DNA of 64,000 bases from Magnetospirillum sp. Lineage in GTDB: Bacteria; Pseudomonadota; Alphaproteobacteria; CACIAM-22H2. Below the pieces are notes generated by a model. It was given only the letters and a program-made list of their open reading frames with translations, did not search any database and had not been told where the DNA came from. Location: assembly GCA_027532905.1 (NCBI GenBank), contig JAPZUA010000001.1, positions 147,565 to 211,564 of the forward strand, written 5' to 3'. The number at the start of each line of letters is the position of its first letter. The first letter of the stretch is position 1. Below, piece after piece: positions 60,757 to 64,000 of this stretch. Made by a program: the position numbers and the translations under genes.

Positions 60757-61680
60757 CTATGCCGATTCCAACACGCGGGCGAACTTCGCGACTTGGCCGC
60801 TCGCGACCTCGGCGACATAGATGCTTCCCGAACCATCGACAGCGAGTGCGTGCCCGCCGAGCATCAAATCGCAAGCCGCTGAGTCGGTTCCGCACCATTG
60901 TGCCAGAAGGTGTCCATCCAATGTCCACAGACTGATGCGGCACCTGCCGGGACCGCGCTGCGCGTGGCGGAAGGGCTGAAGTTCGCTCACGTAAACAACG
61001 TCGTCGCGGATGCAGATCCCGCTCGGGTTCGCGAAAGGCCATTCATCGAGAAATGCACCTTCGCGATCGAATATCTGGACACGGTCGTTCTCGTCGTCGC
61101 ACACGAAAACACGCCCGCGACTGTCGAGTGCGATGTCGTGCACCAAAGCAAATTCGCCCGGCCCCGCCCCCTGTCGTCCCCACGAGGCGATCAGCCTTCC
61201 GTCGGCAGAAAAGCGATGGACCTTGTGATTGCCGTAGCCGTCCGCCGCATAGATTTCGCCGTCCGGGGCGATTGCCAGATTGGTCGGCATATTGAACGGG
61301 CGTGCACGCACAACACGTCCGTCGCAGGTCGGGGACGGTGCCAACTTGCGCCCCAGTGTCTGGAGGGGGCGCCCGTCGGGGCTGAACCGGGTCGCCACAT
61401 GCCAGTCGCGATCGACTATCCAGATCGTCCCGTCGGCAGCGGCAGAGATGCCGTGCGGCTGGTCCGAGACCAGACCGGCACCCCAGGCAGTCACGAACGT
61501 CCCGTCCGCACGCCACGCCGATACCGGATGGTGCGAATTCCGGCACAGGACCCAAACGAGCCCGTTCGGATCGACCGCGACGCCGCTGGTGCATTCGAGC
61601 GACCAACTGTCGGGCAAGAGCGGCCAGATTTCGGTCCGACGAAAGCGGTAAGCACCGCTGCCGACGATGGGATAGTTCAC
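60757..61680 (-). CDS. NHL-repeat beta-propeller protein
   Basis: Repeated NHL-like units (YAADGYGNHKVHRFS, VFVCDDENDRVQIFD, IYVAEVASGQVAKF). GTG start in GTGA overlap with the upstream ABC ATPase. Confidence 0.65.
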   Translation of the reverse strand: MNYPIVGSGAYRFRRTEIWPLLPDSWSLECTSGVAVDPNGLVWVLCRNSHHPVSAWRADGTFVTAWGAGLVSDQPHGISAAADGTIWIVDRDWHVATRFSPDGRPLQTLGRKLAPSPTCDGRVVRARPFNMPTNLAIAPDGEIYAADGYGNHKVHRFSADGRLIASWGRQGAGPGEFALVHDIALDSRGRVFVCDDENDRVQIFDREGAFLDEWPFANPSGICIRDDVVYVSELQPFRHAQRGPGRCRISLWTLDGHLLAQWCGTDSAACDLMLGGHALAVDGSGSIYVAEVASGQVAKFARVLESA

Positions 61681-62774
61681 GACACCTGTTTCGGGAAAAT
61701 GCGGCAGTCCGCCACGCCGAAACACGCCTGCACGGCCGCACCGTTTGCCGCAAGGCGGATGCTGCGCGCGTTCGGCAATTTCACGACCAGTTCGGCGCCG
61801 GACGCCAAACGCAAGACAACGCGCATTGAGTCGCCGTGGAAGATCGCCCGATCGACGACCGCCGGCAATCGGTTCGGCGCATCGACGCCGTCGATCTCGA
61901 TCCGCTCGGGCCGGATGCTGACAACGACCGGCGTGCCGACGGCAAGGCTGCGACGGTCGCCCGACAAAAGTATCGTTCCGTCGGCAAGCCGGATGCGCAC
62001 GCCGCTCGGATCTTCGCCCGCAATGGTTCCTTCCAGCCTGTTGTTCTCGCCGACGAACTCCGCGACGAAGAGCGACTCTGGCGCCTCGTAGAGCAATCCC
62101 GGTGGCGCCAACTGCTGAATGCGGCCTTCGTTGAAGACGGCGATGCGGTCGGACATCGTCAACGCTTCCGACTGGTCGTGCGTGACATAGACCATCGTCA
62201 CGCCGATGCGACGATGGAGTTGCTTGAGCTCGTCCTGCATCCGCTCCCGCAGTTGCTTGTCGAGAGCGCCAAGCGGCTCGTCGAGCAGCACCAGTTCGGG
62301 TTCGAAAACCAGCGCGCGCGCGAACGCGACACGCTGCTGCTGCCCGCCGGAAAGTTGCGCAGGCCTTCGCGCGCCGAAACCGCCGAGCTTCACCATATCG
62401 AGTGCGGCGTCGACCTTCTTCTTTATGTCGGCGGCAGCGACGCCGCGGACTTTCAGCGGATAGGCGACGTTGTCGGCGACCGACATGTGCGGGAAAAGTG
62501 CATAGTTTTGGAACACCACGCCGATGCCCCTTTTGTGCGGGGGCAGATGCGTGATGTCGTTGCCGGCGAGAAGTATCGTGCCGACGGTCGGCGCCTCGAA
62601 CCCGGCAAGCATCATCAGAGTCGTCGTCTTGCCGGAACCCGACGGGCCGAGCAGCGTCAAAAACTCGCCGCGCGCGATATCGAGATCAAGATCGCAGACG
62701 ACGCGCGTTCGCCCGTCGTAGCTTTTGCTGACGTTAGAAAACCGCACGAGCGGCGACGGGGCGGATCCATTCAT
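61677..62774 (-). CDS. ABC transporter ATP-binding protein, PotA/ModC-type with C-terminal TOBE domain
   Basis: LLGPSGSGKTT, LSGGQQQRVAFARAL. ATGA overlap with the upstream amidohydrolase. Confidence 0.8.
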   Translation of the reverse strand: MNGSAPSPLVRFSNVSKSYDGRTRVVCDLDLDIARGEFLTLLGPSGSGKTTTLMMLAGFEAPTVGTILLAGNDITHLPPHKRGIGVVFQNYALFPHMSVADNVAYPLKVRGVAAADIKKKVDAALDMVKLGGFGARRPAQLSGGQQQRVAFARALVFEPELVLLDEPLGALDKQLRERMQDELKQLHRRIGVTMVYVTHDQSEALTMSDRIAVFNEGRIQQLAPPGLLYEAPESLFVAEFVGENNRLEGTIAGEDPSGVRIRLADGTILLSGDRRSLAVGTPVVVSIRPERIEIDGVDAPNRLPAVVDRAIFHGDSMRVVLRLASGAELVVKLPNARSIRLAANGAAVQACFGVADCRIFPKQVS

Positions 62775-64000
62775 CGGGTGCGCTCGGCCCAGTCCGTGTA
62801 GGCCGGCGGAAACGCGGCGCCAAGCGAGCGGCCCTGCAGGTCGCTCTCCGGAAAGCGCTTCCAGACGCGCTCGCTGGAGGCGCGCGCCGACGCGACGATC
62901 TCCGCCTCGTCGGCAACCGTAATCTTTCCGTTTTCGACAAGGACCCGGCCGCCGACGACGACAGCCGAGATCATGCCCGGGGTTGCGACATGGACCAGCG
63001 CCCGCACGGGGTCCGGATTGGGTCCGAAGGAGAGGCTTTGCGCATCGACGACGACGATGTCCGCGGCAGCACCCGGCGCTATCCGTCCGATATCGGGGCG
63101 GCCGAGGGCGGCCGCACCGGCGAGATTGCTCGCCTCGAACACGGCATTGGCCGGGGCGGCCTCGAAGTTCTTTTCGACGGTCTTGCACATGATTGCGGCC
63201 AACCGCATCTCGCCGAACATGTCGAGCGGATACGTGTCCGTTGCGAGCGCCACATTCACGCCGGCGCGACGGAAACGATCGAAACTCTCGAACGCGACGC
63301 CGCGACGCGAAAACGCGACGGGCGAATGCGCGACAGTCGCACCGCTCTGCCCGAGCAGCGCCACGTCGTCGACCATCGGATAGCCGACCAGGCTGTGGCC
63401 CGCATGGTAGATGCAATGCGCGAGGATCGTACCGGAATCCAGAATGCCTTCGTCGGCGAGGATCTGAATCGGCGTTTTGCCGGTCGACTGCATCGTGTCG
63501 AAGAACTCGCGGTGCTGCTCGATGAAATGCAGCGTGAACGGAACGCCCAACGCGCGCGCCGCTTCCTTGCAGGCCTTGCGTAGGGCCGGCGTCGAAACAA
63601 GGTACTCGTCGAGCGCGATCATCCCGCACACGGCACCCCGCGGATTGCGTTTGAGCTTCTCGACAAAGGCGACGGTTTGCGCGAGAGCGGCCAATCCCGC
63701 CTTTTCGTCGATCTCGCGCTCGACGCGTCCGTCGTCCCCCAGCCAGTATCGCCCGCCCGAAACCAGCGGCGACCAGTAAAGCCGAATCCCGAATTCCTCG
63801 GCAGCGGCAAGCATCGTTTCGCCGCCGTCCGGACCCGCCGGTCCGAACGCGACAACTGTCGTCACGCCGTGCCGCAGCAGCGTTGCAAAGCCGTAGCGCA
63901 GCGAGGCGCGGCTGTCCTGCGGCGCCAGGAAACCCGGCCCGCCCGAGCGCCGCGCCGGGAGGAAATGCAGAAATCCGGAGCGCACGAAATCGCGCCGTCC
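62771..64000 (-). CDS. amidohydrolase family protein (cytosine/guanine-deaminase or chlorohydrolase-like), N-terminus beyond window
   Basis: TIM-barrel metal-dependent hydrolase C-terminal part. The reading frame is open to the window edge. Confidence 0.6.
   Translation of the reverse strand, partial: GRRDFVRSGFLHFLPARRSGGPGFLAPQDSRASLRYGFATLLRHGVTTVVAFGPAGPDGGETMLAAAEEFGIRLYWSPLVSGGRYWLGDDGRVEREIDEKAGLAALAQTVAFVEKLKRNPRGAVCGMIALDEYLVSTPALRKACKEAARALGVPFTLHFIEQHREFFDTMQSTGKTPIQILADEGILDSGTILAHCIYHAGHSLVGYPMVDDVALLGQSGATVAHSPVAFSRRGVAFESFDRFRRAGVNVALATDTYPLDMFGEMRLAAIMCKTVEKNFEAAPANAVFEASNLAGAAALGRPDIGRIAPGAAADIVVVDAQSLSFGPNPDPVRALVHVATPGMISAVVVGGRVLVENGKITVADEAEIVASARASSERVWKRFPESDLQGRSLGAAFPPAYTDWAERTR

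Overview
This 64 kb window is about 68% GC and looks like a chromosomal segment from an alphaproteobacterium. The partial 5-aminolevulinate synthase gene at the start supports that, and the content would fit Acetobacteraceae or Rhodospirillales. It is a gene-dense accessory and metabolic region. I found no rRNA, tRNA, CRISPR array or transposase.

Reading left to right, the window holds:
- the 3' end of hemA, a lipoprotein gene, a glutamine-synthetase-like gene and an Fe-alcohol dehydrogenase;
- a CheZ phosphatase gene followed by a 366-aa protein of unknown function in a lower-GC stretch, then a 4x16-bp tandem repeat, a standalone PAS-like protein and several hypothetical or lipoprotein ORFs;
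- a sulfur module: TusA next to a YeeE/YedE thiosulfate transporter, a NUDIX gene, a sulfonate-type binding protein, and a flavocytochrome c sulfide dehydrogenase (fccAB/SoxEF-like);
- a protocatechuate/beta-ketoadipate operon (pcaB, pcaL as a pcaD-pcaC fusion, pobA, esterase), with pcaHG sitting 13 kb further on;
- between those, a sugar-acid island: three enolase-superfamily dehydratases, an RraA-like aldolase, uronate dehydrogenase (udh), glucarate dehydratase (gudD), a Dpp-type ABC transporter, and a GntR regulator with a perfect 18-bp palindromic operator;
- a low-GC islet carrying two genes of unknown function;
- Fe-ADH plus an ALDH7-like dehydrogenase;
- two Liv-type ABC systems;
- duplicated aldo/keto reductases, one of them fused to RidA;
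- an L-fucose-type oxidative cluster (FucU, an aldo/keto reductase, an amidohydrolase-2 lactonase);
- MlrC plus an M24 peptidase;
- tcuAB for tricarballylate;
- a fasciclin gene overlapping a degraded ANTAR-regulator remnant;
- an NHL-repeat protein coupled to an ABC ATPase and a partial amidohydrolase at the window edge.

Many of the long GC-rich ORFs in the track are antisense artefacts and are listed under rejected items. All calls rest on reading the translated ORFs for family motifs and on gene context. I ran no database searches.
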